In this document: positions 1 to 8,999 of the stretch, one piece after another | Layout: each line of letters starts with the position of its first letter | How positions within the stretch are numbered: the stretch's first letter is position 1 | Source: a bacterium | Lineage (GTDB): Bacteria > Patescibacteriota > Microgenomatia > UBA1400 > PJMF01 | NCBI GenBank assembly: GCA_017431625.1 | Contig: JAFRKQ010000021.1 | Location: 13,324-77,323, forward strand | Direction of reading: 5' to 3' | Length of the DNA: 64,000 bases | Notes under the pieces: generated by a model | What the model saw: only the letters and a program-made list of their open reading frames with translations | Database searches by the model: none | What the model was told of the DNA's origin: nothing | Program-made: the position numbers and the translations under genes

Positions 1-447
1 AAGAGCCGGAATCACCCGACTTCCATGGCGATCATCAATCCCCAAACGCAAACAGGCAAAGTCGCGCGTCCCCAAATGTTCGCTCACACTCGCCAGACCA
101 TTATGGGTGCGCGGCAACTTGTGAGTCAATTTGTAGCGGCCCAGCTCCAAATCCAAGTCATCATGGATCACCAAGATATCAACGCTCGCCTCAAGCTGAT
201 AAAACTGAGCGATAGCCGCCGCCGCTAGTCCCGAATCATTCATAAAAGTCGTCGGGTAAGCGATAATAATTTGTTGCTCGCCGCGTTTGACAGTGCGCAC
301 CAAAGCCTGAAATTTTTTTTTGTCAGTCAGTTCACTGGCCGATAATGTTTTCGCCAAAAAATCACCGAAAAGCCAACCAACATTATGACGAGTCGCTTGA
401 TAAGTACTACCAGGGTTACCCAGACAAAGAATTAATTTTGTGTGCAT
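1..447 (-). CDS. pth: Peptidyl-tRNA hydrolase, truncated at window edge (N-terminal ~149 aa present)
   Basis: Manual minus-strand translation from ATG (compl. 445-447) gives MHTKLILCLGNPGGSTYQATRHNVGW..., the Pth GNPG/TRHN signature. The ORF runs off the window start. It is absent from the ORF track because no stop is in window. Confidence 0.8.
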   Translation of the reverse strand, partial: MHTKLILCLGNPGSTYQATRHNVGWLFGDFLAKTLSASELTDKKKFQALVRTVKRGEQQIIIAYPTTFMNDSGLAAAAIAQFYQLEASVDILVIHDDLDLELGRYKLTHKLPRTHNGLASVSEHLGTRDFACLRLGIDDRHGSRVIPAL

Positions 448-476
448 AGGGCGCATCATATGCCAAAAGTTCGCAC

Positions 477-505
477 TTGTCAAGAACGAGTTTTTGCGCT
501 ACAAT
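477..505 (+). promoter_or_regulatory. Sigma70-like promoter TTGTCA-N17-TACAAT feeding a near-leaderless ATG at 513
   Basis: TTGTCA at 477-482 and TACAAT at 500-505, with the start codon 7 nt downstream. Confidence 0.5.
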
Positions 506-512
506 AGAGTCA

Positions 513-1691
513 ATGAAAAAATGTGTATTGGTTATTGCTGGTCTTTTGGCGTTTTTGGGAGTGGGTCGTGTTGCGGCAGGCGGACTAGAAACCCAAATTT
601 ATAGCGATAATCACGCCTATTCTACGGCTAGCAGCCCACAAACTTCCACCTTGCGTATTGCCATGCGCCCCTCAGCCAGCGTCCCCAACTCGGCGATTGA
701 AGTCTACTTGTACGCGATTGCCCCCACGGCGACGGCGAGCGATGGCGTGGCCGACTTTAATGCTTTTGACATTGGCAATATCGAGGTTGAGTGTCCCCAG
801 TCAATTCCAGGAGTTTTTGATTTTGGCACCCCCGAAATTATTCCAGCCGAGCGTAGTCATATTCACCTCAACGATGGCGATTATCACCGGATTATTTGCC
901 CCTACGCCGGCACGGGTGACGTCTCGCAAGCAGACTTTGGTTATGACAATGATAATTATTTGATCATCAAAAATTTGCTCAATCCTCGCCACGATCCCAG
1001 CCTGCCCAACTCACAATTGATTTATTCACCGATTTGGATTAATTTTTCGGCCGCCGTTGCCCAGCTGACGATCACCTCAGCACGCAATGTCCGTGTCCTG
1101 GCGACAATCATGCCTCAAATCAGCCTCACGATTGAAGGAGTGCCGGAAGGGCAAACTTATTGCGGGCAAAAAACCAAAAAAACCACCACCGGCAAGGTCG
1201 CCGATTTTGGCCAAGTCGACAATGAATATTTTGCTGATATTGCCCAAAAACTCACCGCTACTACCAATATGATCAATGGTTATGTCATTACCGCCCGCCA
1301 GGACGACCAGATGCGCATGGTAGACGCCCCCATGATGAAAGGGGAAGCAGTAGTCTGCACCGGACATGGTGACACCAATGATATTTGTATCAGTGATGCC
1401 AATCCCGGAGGTATTAGTGCCACCAAGGCAGTACCTTGGAATGATTCTTTGCGCACGCACGGCATGGGTTTTACCTTGGAAAATGAATTTGGCGGTGACA
1501 GTCTTTTTTCTTACAAAGATGGTTACCGGATTTTTGCCGACCAACAAAATGGTGACGAACCCGTAAGTATTATCAAAGGCGATGGCCATCGAGGTGTTGA
1601 CTACGTTTGCTATCGGCTGACGGCTTCCGACGACAATTTACCTGGCTTTTACGCCAACAAAATCACCTACGTACTCACTGCTAAATTCTAG
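513..1691 (+). CDS. Hypothetical secreted protein (N-terminal signal peptide MKKCVLVIAGLLAFLGVGRVAAG)
   Basis: Long ORF. Hydrophobic signal-like N-terminus follows the internal ATG at 513. No recognisable catalytic motifs. Confidence 0.6.
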   Translation: MKKCVLVIAGLLAFLGVGRVAAGGLETQIYSDNHAYSTASSPQTSTLRIAMRPSASVPNSAIEVYLYAIAPTATASDGVADFNAFDIGNIEVECPQSIPGVFDFGTPEIIPAERSHIHLNDGDYHRIICPYAGTGDVSQADFGYDNDNYLIIKNLLNPRHDPSLPNSQLIYSPIWINFSAAVAQLTITSARNVRVLATIMPQISLTIEGVPEGQTYCGQKTKKTTTGKVADFGQVDNEYFADIAQKLTATTNMINGYVITARQDDQMRMVDAPMMKGEAVVCTGHGDTNDICISDANPGGISATKAVPWNDSLRTHGMGFTLENEFGGDSLFSYKDGYRIFADQQNGDEPVSIIKGDGHRGVDYVCYRLTASDDNLPGFYANKITYVLTAKF

Positions 1692-1756
1692 GTTCCCCGA
1701 TAGCGTCATCTACTATTATAATAGTAGTATCTTTATGCTGAAAAATTGGCTGATTA

Positions 1757-3157
1757 TTAATTGCTCTGTTGCCGGACACAGGACTCAAGTTGAGCAAAAG
1801 TCTTGAGTGTGAGTTTTTGGTCACGCCGCCGCAGCCCGCGCACCAGCTCACCCAGCGATCGAGCCTGATCGAGTGTGGTAATTGAGGTTAAAATATCATG
1901 CAATTCTTGATCGGTTAGCTCACGAGCGTCTTGGATCCACGCCAGATCTTCATGCCAATTGGCAAAACCAGCCGTATCCACACACCGATAAAAACGCATA
2001 AGGTAATCACGGACTAGGACGATGTCAGTGCGCTTGACCAGTTCATTGAGCAAATTGGTAGTTGGCAGATCTTGACTAAAATAAGTGAGCTTGAAATCCA
2101 AATCATCGCGAGTACGCACGGGAAATAGCTGCACTTCTTGACTAGCATAAATAATCCCTGAGCGCACTTTTTGCAGTAGTGAGTAATACTCACCGGTGGG
2201 ATAATGGATATAATTGTAGGCGTACAAATGAAAACCATTAGGCGAGAGTGTTCGCGTTTGCGGCACGTCCCAAGTCTGCATCGCCCCCAAAATAGCGGCT
2301 TCTGGGGTAGGAAATTCATGATCAAGCAGCCGGCGCATGTGTACCAAAGGCAGATTGGCACAGCGAATGGTACCAAACTCCATGTGTGAGACCGCCAAAC
2401 CTATCAGTGATTCCACCGACACTTGACCAATAAGCGCAGGCTCACGAAACATTGCCTGCAGCCACTGAGTTCGTTCTTGATCCAAGTCATTTAATTGAGA
2501 TAAAGTTTCGCGACTCACTGAAGGGGGAAATTCATAGCCAGCCCAGGCCGCGGGCAAGCCCGATGCTTGTGCCTGTTGAGTCTGGGTAATCAGTTCGTGA
2601 GCTTGTCCCAAAAGCTGGCGCAAGCGGCGCAAACGAGTCAGATTGTGATTAAGCGGCGCGCGTTTGTTGTCACTCGCTGTGTCCAGCTCACTTTCGGCCT
2701 GACTACCCACCTGTGACCAGATAGCTGGATTTTGCCCCACCTCGGCGGCTTGCCAAAAAAGTTCAATGCACGTGCGTGCTGGCACCAAATGCCACTCCAA
2801 GTCAGCCCCACCCAAAATCCGCCACGCACCAGCCAACAAGCTCGCCCAATTGCTAGTGCGGTGGGTTTTGAATTCGCGAAAAAGCTGACTTACCAGCGTG
2901 GGATCCAGGGTATCGATCAGTTCATAAAAAAGTTGCTCTACCTGCTGGTAATCGCTTTCTGGTAAATCTGGTTGCTCACGCCGGTAAGCCTCAGCAAAAC
3001 GGCCAAAACTCCCACGAAAACTCTCATCACGTTCACCAACCAACTGCTTCAAAGCTGGAGCTAAATCTTGCTCGCCAACAGCCGAAACAGATGGACTTTC
3101 AGCCACAGCTGAAGGTTCTAAATCAACTGGCGGTAGTGTGGGCACTGATTGAGGCAT
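1757..3157 (-). CDS. Hypothetical protein (466 aa, GC-rich)
   Basis: Long uninterrupted ORF with coding-like composition (~55% GC). No family recognised. Confidence 0.6.
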   Translation of the reverse strand: MPQSVPTLPPVDLEPSAVAESPSVSAVGEQDLAPALKQLVGERDESFRGSFGRFAEAYRREQPDLPESDYQQVEQLFYELIDTLDPTLVSQLFREFKTHRTSNWASLLAGAWRILGGADLEWHLVPARTCIELFWQAAEVGQNPAIWSQVGSQAESELDTASDNKRAPLNHNLTRLRRLRQLLGQAHELITQTQQAQASGLPAAWAGYEFPPSVSRETLSQLNDLDQERTQWLQAMFREPALIGQVSVESLIGLAVSHMEFGTIRCANLPLVHMRRLLDHEFPTPEAAILGAMQTWDVPQTRTLSPNGFHLYAYNYIHYPTGEYYSLLQKVRSGIIYASQEVQLFPVRTRDDLDFKLTYFSQDLPTTNLLNELVKRTDIVLVRDYLMRFYRCVDTAGFANWHEDLAWIQDARELTDQELHDILTSITTLDQARSLGELVRGLRRRDQKLTLKTFAQLESCVRQQSN

Positions 3158-3159
3158 AA

Positions 3160-3507
3160 CTAAAACCTCAGGCTACTCAGACACAAAATCCCGACCACCG
3201 AGACGAGATTGTTGAAGGTGGACAATTCCAGGGCCTGATGAAAATCATCACAAATACTCCAGCGAAAAAACCACGCTTCCAGCAAAATAATCGCTGTCTG
3301 AGTGGCTAGCAGCATCGCCAGCCACCACTCCAGACCTCGACGACTCACCAAACTCATGACGACCACAAAAAGCGGATTGGTCAGAAGATTACCCACCAAA
3401 ACCACCAGTTGTTCGCGCCAGGTGTGTTTGTCCAGCAGCCAGCTTGTTCCCGCCTCAAACACAATCGTTAGTAATAAACTTTTCACTAGATTTATCAGCG
3501 CGAACAT
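3160..3507 (-). CDS. Small hydrophobic membrane protein
   Basis: ORF 3160..3570. Probable start at MFALINLV (compl. 3505-3507). 3-4 predicted TM helices. Sits immediately upstream of the 466-aa ORF on the same strand. Confidence 0.45.
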   Translation of the reverse strand: MFALINLVKSLLLTIVFEAGTSWLLDKHTWREQLVVLVGNLLTNPLFVVVMSLVSRRGLEWWLAMLLATQTAIILLEAWFFRWSICDDFHQALELSTFNNLVSVVGILCLSSLRF

Positions 3508-3584
3508 AGACTCTTTCTGTTTGCACCAACTATTATAGCATACATCAGTCGTATTGTGACAGGGAATCATGAAATATTTAGCTA

Positions 3585-3613
3585 TTGTATTTACCCTGAG
3601 TTTATGGTATAAT
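3585..3613 (+). promoter_or_regulatory. Promoter for tRNA-Cys (TTGTAT-N17-TGGTATAAT)
   Basis: Extended -10 TGGTATAAT at 3605-3613, 12 nt before the mature tRNA 5' end. Confidence 0.5.
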
Positions 3614-3625
3614 CAATCTCAAGAT

Positions 3626-3699
3626 GTCGCGGTACCAGAGTGGTCCAATGGCCGGGTCTGCAAAACCTTGGTTCGCGGGTTCGAATCCCGCCCGTGACT
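3626..3699 (+). tRNA. tRNA-Cys (anticodon GCA)
   Basis: Hand-folded. Acceptor stem GTCGCGG/CCGTGAC (7 bp including one G-U). T-arm GCGGG-TTCGAAT-CCCGC. Anticodon loop CTGCAAA with U33 and A37. No encoded CCA. The D-arm is short (3 bp). Confidence 0.75.
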
Positions 3700-3799
3700 C
3701 ACTAGTAAAATATTGTTGATGCAAGGGAATAATATTAGTAATTGAGGAAATTTTGTGAACAAAAACAAAACTAACCGCGATCCGCTCCATTCACAAAAA

Positions 3800-3814
3800 A
3801 GCACTAATAGTGCT
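3800..3814. repeat. Perfect palindrome AGCACTAATAGTGCT upstream of the (GA)n tract
   Basis: agcact/agtgct inverted repeat seen directly. Confidence 0.6.
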
Positions 3815-3837
3815 CTTGGTGTAGTTTCGGAACTCTC

Positions 3838-3858
3838 GAGAGAGAGAGAGAGAGAGAG
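3838..3858. repeat. (GA)10 dinucleotide microsatellite, 25 nt upstream of the large glycosyltransferase ORF
   Basis: gagagagagagagagagagag flanked by tcgag on both sides. Confidence 0.95.
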
Positions 3859-3882
3859 TCGAGAACACGAAGTAGTACGTGT

Positions 3883-6800
3883 TTGTTATCACAATTCGAT
3901 TTGAATCTGGATAAGCCAGTAGCAGAAGGTGAGAGGCAAGACCAGAGCGAAAGTATCCAGACTGTTTATAACGATGGAAAAGTTGAAAAGCAGATTCTTG
4001 ACTGTTTGTTCCGAGGTGATGCTCCCGCGACAATAGAAGACAATACTGGGGTAGTGTTTCATAATTTTACGAATGCCCGGGAAAATTTACTCAATTGGTA
4101 TCCATTTAATAAGAATGCTGAGATTCTAGAGGTCGGTGCGGGTATGGGTGGCCTAACCGGTTTATTATGTGATCGGGTAGCTCATGTAACTGCTTTAGAG
4201 AACGCTCCACAGCGTGCTGATATTATTAGGATGCGTTATGCAGAAAAGAAAAATTTAACAGTAATTACTGGCAATTTGGCAGATATTGATAAAAATAGCA
4301 AGTTTGATTATATTTTGGTAGTAGGAGTACTTGAATACGTAGACATTGGAAAATCGTCCGGCAGACAAGCACATTTGGATTTTCTATCTCAAGTGAAACT
4401 CATGTTAAAACCAGGAGGGATTTTGTTGCTGGCAATCGAAAATAGATTTGGTTTGAAGTACTGGTGCGGTGCGGCTGAAGATCACATTGGCAAGCCTTTT
4501 GTTGGTATTGAAGGTTATAAAGATAGTTATACAACTAGATATCAATCGCGAGGTGTAACAACTTTTGACAAGCAATCATTAGCTGATTTATGCAAAGAAG
4601 TGGGTTTGGTTTATCAGCGTTGGTATTACCCTCTTGCTGATTATAAATTTCCCACAGCGATCTTTAGTGATGACAAATTACCTAGTTTAAGTGATATTGC
4701 CAGAATTAAGTTCACTTACCCTCAAGAGTCGACACTGATAGCCGATGAGAGAGAACTTTACCGTGAAATAATTAGTAATGATGTATTTCCTTTTTTTGCC
4801 AATTCTTTTTTATTAGAGACATCGACAACTGATTTACCCAGCGATAATGTAATGTGTGCATTCTTAAAGCGTGATTATGCTGCTCAATATCGGCTAGCCA
4901 CTATTTTCATGCGCGATACGGTAGAAAAAGTGGCTTTGAATGGCAAGGCTAAAAATCATTTAAACGAATTAATTAACAATACCAATGCGATTAAAAAAAG
5001 AGGCGTGCCAATTTTGGAAGGAAAATTATTAGATGAGCGCTGGATATTGAAAAAAATATCAATGCCTTTAGCAAATAAAAAAATGGCAGAATGGCTGGAG
5101 CGAGGAGATTTAGCGTCAATTAAAGATTTGTGTGAAAAGTTGGAGACATATTTAAAGAAGTCTTCGCCCTTTTTCAGTGCCAAAAATGTCTACAACTGTG
5201 AACTTGGAGATTTTGTCTTTGACCAGGAAGAAGTGATTTTAGAAGACGGTTATATTGACTTGACCTTTAATAATAGTTTTTATCAAGATAGCGATTTATT
5301 ATTCTTTGATCAGGAGTGGCGTTTAAAAAATGTACCTTTGAAATTTATTCTCTATCGTGCTTTGCTTTATGCTTTTAAAGATAATAGCTTTTTAAGCTTT
5401 GACAAACTTCTAGCGACCGTCAAAATTAATGAAACCATGACACAACAGTTTGCCCGAGCAGAAAAAATAATGTTGTCTTCAATTATGGATGATGAGATGG
5501 TAAAAAGATTCGACAGCGATATGTACCATGAAGGATTAACGTTGAATTATCAAAGAAAACAAGAGTTATCCAACAAACAGGCTCACATTGAAACATTGCT
5601 TGAATCTGAACGCAGTTTAAATCAAATAATTGACAATCAAAAAAAACAATTGACTGATCAAAGCGTGACAATTGACAACCAACATGGTCATATCGAGCAG
5701 CTTCTCGAAAAAGAACGTGCTTGGGAACGAGAGAAAAATTCTAAAGCCTATCAGCTAGCAATGAAGTTTAGTGCCACCTCACAATTTTTCTTGCCAGAAA
5801 AAAGTCGGCGGCGATTTTTATTCAAGGCAGCCAATAAAGTGATTAATGATCCCAGTTTACTACCGAAAGCTTTGGACCCACAACGTTGGCGAGATTACTT
5901 AAGTTTAATGAATAATGGTGAATTTGCGCAAGCAGAAAAGCAACTCGATCAAGCAGCTGTCAATCAGCGAAATGCTAATATCGCTTTAGATGTTTCAAAG
6001 TATGACATTACTCTAGTGACGCCAGAATTGCAACCGATAGGTGTCTACAGACACTTAACGTTCCCGCAAGTCTCTCAGCCTCTAGTTTCGATCATTATCC
6101 CAGTTTATAATCAGTTCAATTACACCTATTATTGTTTGGCATCAATTTTGAAACATACTCAAGACATTGATTATGAGGTAATTATTGCCGATGATTGTTC
6201 GACTGACCTGACTACAGAGATCGCGCAGCTGATAGACAATATAAAGATTGTGAGGACACCCCACAATCTGCGCTTTTTACGTAACTGTAATTATGCGGCC
6301 AAAACAGCACGCGGCAAGTATATATTATTTCTCAATAACGACACCCAGGTACAAGAAAAGTGGTTATCATCACTTTTGGATTTGATTGAAAATGATAAAA
6401 CTATTGGTATGGTGGGATCTAAATTGATTTATCCAGATGGCCGTTTGCAAGAAGCCGGCGGGCTTGTTTGGAATGACGCCAGCGCTTGGAATTACGGCCA
6501 AGGTCAAAATCCAGAGTTACCAGAGTTTAATTACGTGAAAGAATGTGATTATATTTCTGGGGCGGCGATCATGATCAGACATTCCTTGTGGGATGAAATT
6601 GGTGGATTTGATGAGAGATTCGCACCGGCATACTGCGAGGATTCTGATTTAGCTTTTAGCGTCCGTCAACATGGTTTCAAAGTTGTTTTTCAGCCATTAT
6701 CAATAGTGGTACATTTTGAAGGTGTCTCAAATGGCACCGATCTGAGTAGTGGTCAAAAAAAATATCAGGTAGAAAATACGAAAAAGTTTTATCAAAAGTG

Positions 6801-7995
6801 GCAAAAAATATTGCGTGCCGATCAATTTGCCAATGCACAGAATGTTTTCTTGGCTTGCGATCGGAGTCGATATCGACAGCACGTTTTATTTGTGGATCAT
6901 TACGTGCCAATGTATGATCAAGATGCTGGCAGCAAAACGACGTATGCGTACATAAAAATGCTAGCGCAAAAAGGTTTTGCGGTAACTTTTTTAGGTGATA
7001 ACTTTTACCGGCACGAACCATATACGACCGCTCTACAGCAATTAGGCGTACGCGTACTTTACGGCACCCAGGTTGCTAATAATTTAGAGTCTTGGTTTGT
7101 CCATAATGGCAAATATTTTGACATCTTTTATTTAAATCGACCTCATATATCTGTTAAATATTTAGATTTAATCAGAAATTATTCTTCTGGCAAAGTTATT
7201 TATTATGGTCATGATTTACACTTCTTGCGCACTAGACGAGAATATGAGCTCTCTGGTGATGAAAAAAAACTGACGGAAGCGATGGAATGGCAGGAAAAAG
7301 AGCTATCTATTATGCGACGTACTGACATGAATTATTATCCGTCGAGTGTAGAAGTTCAAGAAATTGCCAAGCTGGATCCACAAATACCGGTAAAGGCAAT
7401 TAGCGCCTATATTTTTTCGGCCGCATCAAAAGTCGATTACCAAGCAGCAAAGACCGATGGGATTTTGTTTGTTGGCGGTTTTGCACACGGGCCCAATCTT
7501 GACGCTGTCAAATGGTTTGTGACAAAAATATATCCAGAAATCTATCACCAGACTCATGCTCCTTTTTATATTGTTGGCTCTAAAGCTCCTGAAGAGATTA
7601 AAAGCATTGATGTACCAGGAGTGATTTGTAAAGGTTTTGTAAGCGAAAAAGAGCTTGAGGAGTTATACCAAAGTTGTCGTCTTAGTGTCGCTCCACTGCG
7701 ATACGGAGCAGGTATCAAAGGAAAAGTAATTGAAGCTTTTTATCATGGTAGTCCAATGGTGACAACATCAGTGGGTATTGAAGGAATAGACGGGGCAAGT
7801 GATTTTGTTTGCGTACGCGATCAAGCGATTGATTTTTCCGAAGCCGTGATCAAACTATATCATAATACAGAAAAATTAAACCGCATTTCCAATTTGTCTA
7901 AGCAGTATGTAGAAAATCACTTTAGTGAAAAATCTGCCTGGGAGATAATTAATGATGATTTTGGCAATGCAAACCAAAAAGAAAGATCCAAATGA
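3883..7995 (+). CDS. Multidomain glycan-synthesis enzyme: class I SAM-methyltransferase, coiled coil, GT2 glycosyltransferase, GT4/GT1-type glycosyltransferase (1370 aa)
   Basis: Motif I ILEVGAGMGGLTGLL (MTase). Heptad-like Q/E/K-rich segment at about aa 550-620. GT2 core VSIIIPVYNQ...DYEVIIADDCSTD...CED. C-terminal GT4-like EX7E region EAFYHGSPMVTTSVGIEG. First in-frame start is TTG at 3883 (no upstream ATG), so the start is uncertain. Very AT-rich. Confidence 0.8.
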   Translation: MLSQFDLNLDKPVAEGERQDQSESIQTVYNDGKVEKQILDCLFRGDAPATIEDNTGVVFHNFTNARENLLNWYPFNKNAEILEVGAGMGGLTGLLCDRVAHVTALENAPQRADIIRMRYAEKKNLTVITGNLADIDKNSKFDYILVVGVLEYVDIGKSSGRQAHLDFLSQVKLMLKPGGILLLAIENRFGLKYWCGAAEDHIGKPFVGIEGYKDSYTTRYQSRGVTTFDKQSLADLCKEVGLVYQRWYYPLADYKFPTAIFSDDKLPSLSDIARIKFTYPQESTLIADERELYREIISNDVFPFFANSFLLETSTTDLPSDNVMCAFLKRDYAAQYRLATIFMRDTVEKVALNGKAKNHLNELINNTNAIKKRGVPILEGKLLDERWILKKISMPLANKKMAEWLERGDLASIKDLCEKLETYLKKSSPFFSAKNVYNCELGDFVFDQEEVILEDGYIDLTFNNSFYQDSDLLFFDQEWRLKNVPLKFILYRALLYAFKDNSFLSFDKLLATVKINETMTQQFARAEKIMLSSIMDDEMVKRFDSDMYHEGLTLNYQRKQELSNKQAHIETLLESERSLNQIIDNQKKQLTDQSVTIDNQHGHIEQLLEKERAWEREKNSKAYQLAMKFSATSQFFLPEKSRRRFLFKAANKVINDPSLLPKALDPQRWRDYLSLMNNGEFAQAEKQLDQAAVNQRNANIALDVSKYDITLVTPELQPIGVYRHLTFPQVSQPLVSIIIPVYNQFNYTYYCLASILKHTQDIDYEVIIADDCSTDLTTEIAQLIDNIKIVRTPHNLRFLRNCNYAAKTARGKYILFLNNDTQVQEKWLSSLLDLIENDKTIGMVGSKLIYPDGRLQEAGGLVWNDASAWNYGQGQNPELPEFNYVKECDYISGAAIMIRHSLWDEIGGFDERFAPAYCEDSDLAFSVRQHGFKVVFQPLSIVVHFEGVSNGTDLSSGQKKYQVENTKKFYQKWQKILRADQFANAQNVFLACDRSRYRQHVLFVDHYVPMYDQDAGSKTTYAYIKMLAQKGFAVTFLGDNFYRHEPYTTALQQLGVRVLYGTQVANNLESWFVHNGKYFDIFYLNRPHISVKYLDLIRNYSSGKVIYYGHDLHFLRTRREYELSGDEKKLTEAMEWQEKELSIMRRTDMNYYPSSVEVQEIAKLDPQIPVKAISAYIFSAASKVDYQAAKTDGILFVGGFAHGPNLDAVKWFVTKIYPEIYHQTHAPFYIVGSKAPEEIKSIDVPGVICKGFVSEKELEELYQSCRLSVAPLRYGAGIKGKVIEAFYHGSPMVTTSVGIEGIDGASDFVCVRDQAIDFSEAVIKLYHNTEKLNRISNLSKQYVENHFSEKSAWEIINDDFGNANQKERSK

Positions 7996-8999
7996 TTATT
8001 ACGCAAACTCCATTTCGGATGTCTTTTTTTGGCGGTGGAACTGACTTTCCCGAATTTTTTCGTGAGCATGGTGGCAGCGTAATATCGTCTACTTTTGATA
8101 AGTATGCATATGTAAACGTCCGCCATTTGCCGCCATTTTTTGATTATACTAGTGAAATATCTTATTCAAAACTAGAACGGGTAAAAAGTGTTAATGAGAT
8201 TGAGCATCCGGCAGTGCGTGAAACCATGAAATATCTAGATATGCATGATTTGCGTATCTCATATGAAGCTGATTTACCAGCACGTTCCGGCTTGGGGACA
8301 AGTAGCTCTTTTGTCGTGGGGATGTTACATGCTTTCTATGCGCTTAAAGGCAAATACGCAAGCAAAAAGCATTTAGCTGACGACGCAATTTATTTAGAAA
8401 GAGAACTGTGCAAAGAGACAGGCGGTATCCAAGACCAAATTGCTGTCAGTTTTGGCGGTTTTAACAGAATTAATTTTGATGTTAAAGGTTACAGTGTCAA
8501 TCCCATTATTATTTCTCCTAGTCGTTTGCAGCAGCTAAATGATTCCTTACTACTTTATTTCACTGGTTTTTCTCGTATTTCTGCTGATATTCAAGTGCAG
8601 ACACAAAAAAATCTCAAAAATAATACGAATACATTACTAGAAATGCTAGAATTAGTGGATGAAGCCGAAAAAATTCTTACTAGCAAAACGAATTTAGATG
8701 AATTTGGACGGCTGCTTGATTATACTTGGAAATTAAAACGCGGTTTGACGGATAAGGTTTCTACTGGTTGCATAGATGATATTTACGCTGAGGCACTCAA
8801 AGCCGGCGCTTTGGGAGGCAAACTCTTGGGAGCTGGCGGTGGTGGCTTCTTACTCTTTTATGTTGCACCAGAAAAGCATGCTCAAGTAAAAGAATGTTTG
8901 TCGCGTTTATTGTATGTGCCTTTTTGTTTTGAAACTGGTGGCACACGTGTTATTCACTACACGCCAGAAATTTATGATGATCGTGGAGAGGATAAGTAA
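7992..8999 (+). CDS. hddA: GHMP-family sugar kinase, D-glycero-D-manno-heptose 7-phosphate kinase (HddA-like)
   Basis: GHMP motif PARSGLGTSSSFVVGML. The N-terminus (MSFFGGGTDFPEFF) fits HddA. ATGA overlap with the upstream stop. Confidence 0.75.
   Translation: MIITQTPFRMSFFGGGTDFPEFFREHGGSVISSTFDKYAYVNVRHLPPFFDYTSEISYSKLERVKSVNEIEHPAVRETMKYLDMHDLRISYEADLPARSGLGTSSSFVVGMLHAFYALKGKYASKKHLADDAIYLERELCKETGGIQDQIAVSFGGFNRINFDVKGYSVNPIIISPSRLQQLNDSLLLYFTGFSRISADIQVQTQKNLKNNTNTLLEMLELVDEAEKILTSKTNLDEFGRLLDYTWKLKRGLTDKVSTGCIDDIYAEALKAGALGGKLLGAGGGGFLLFYVAPEKHAQVKECLSRLLYVPFCFETGGTRVIHYTPEIYDDRGEDK

Noticed and set aside
25-228. 67-aa plus-strand ORF at the window start
   Set aside because: It lies antisense inside the pth coding region, which has the unmistakable GNPG/TRHN Pth signature on the minus strand.
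3602-3804. Two minus-strand 61/62-aa ORFs
   Set aside because: They overlap the well-folded tRNA-Cys gene and its promoter, so they are spurious.
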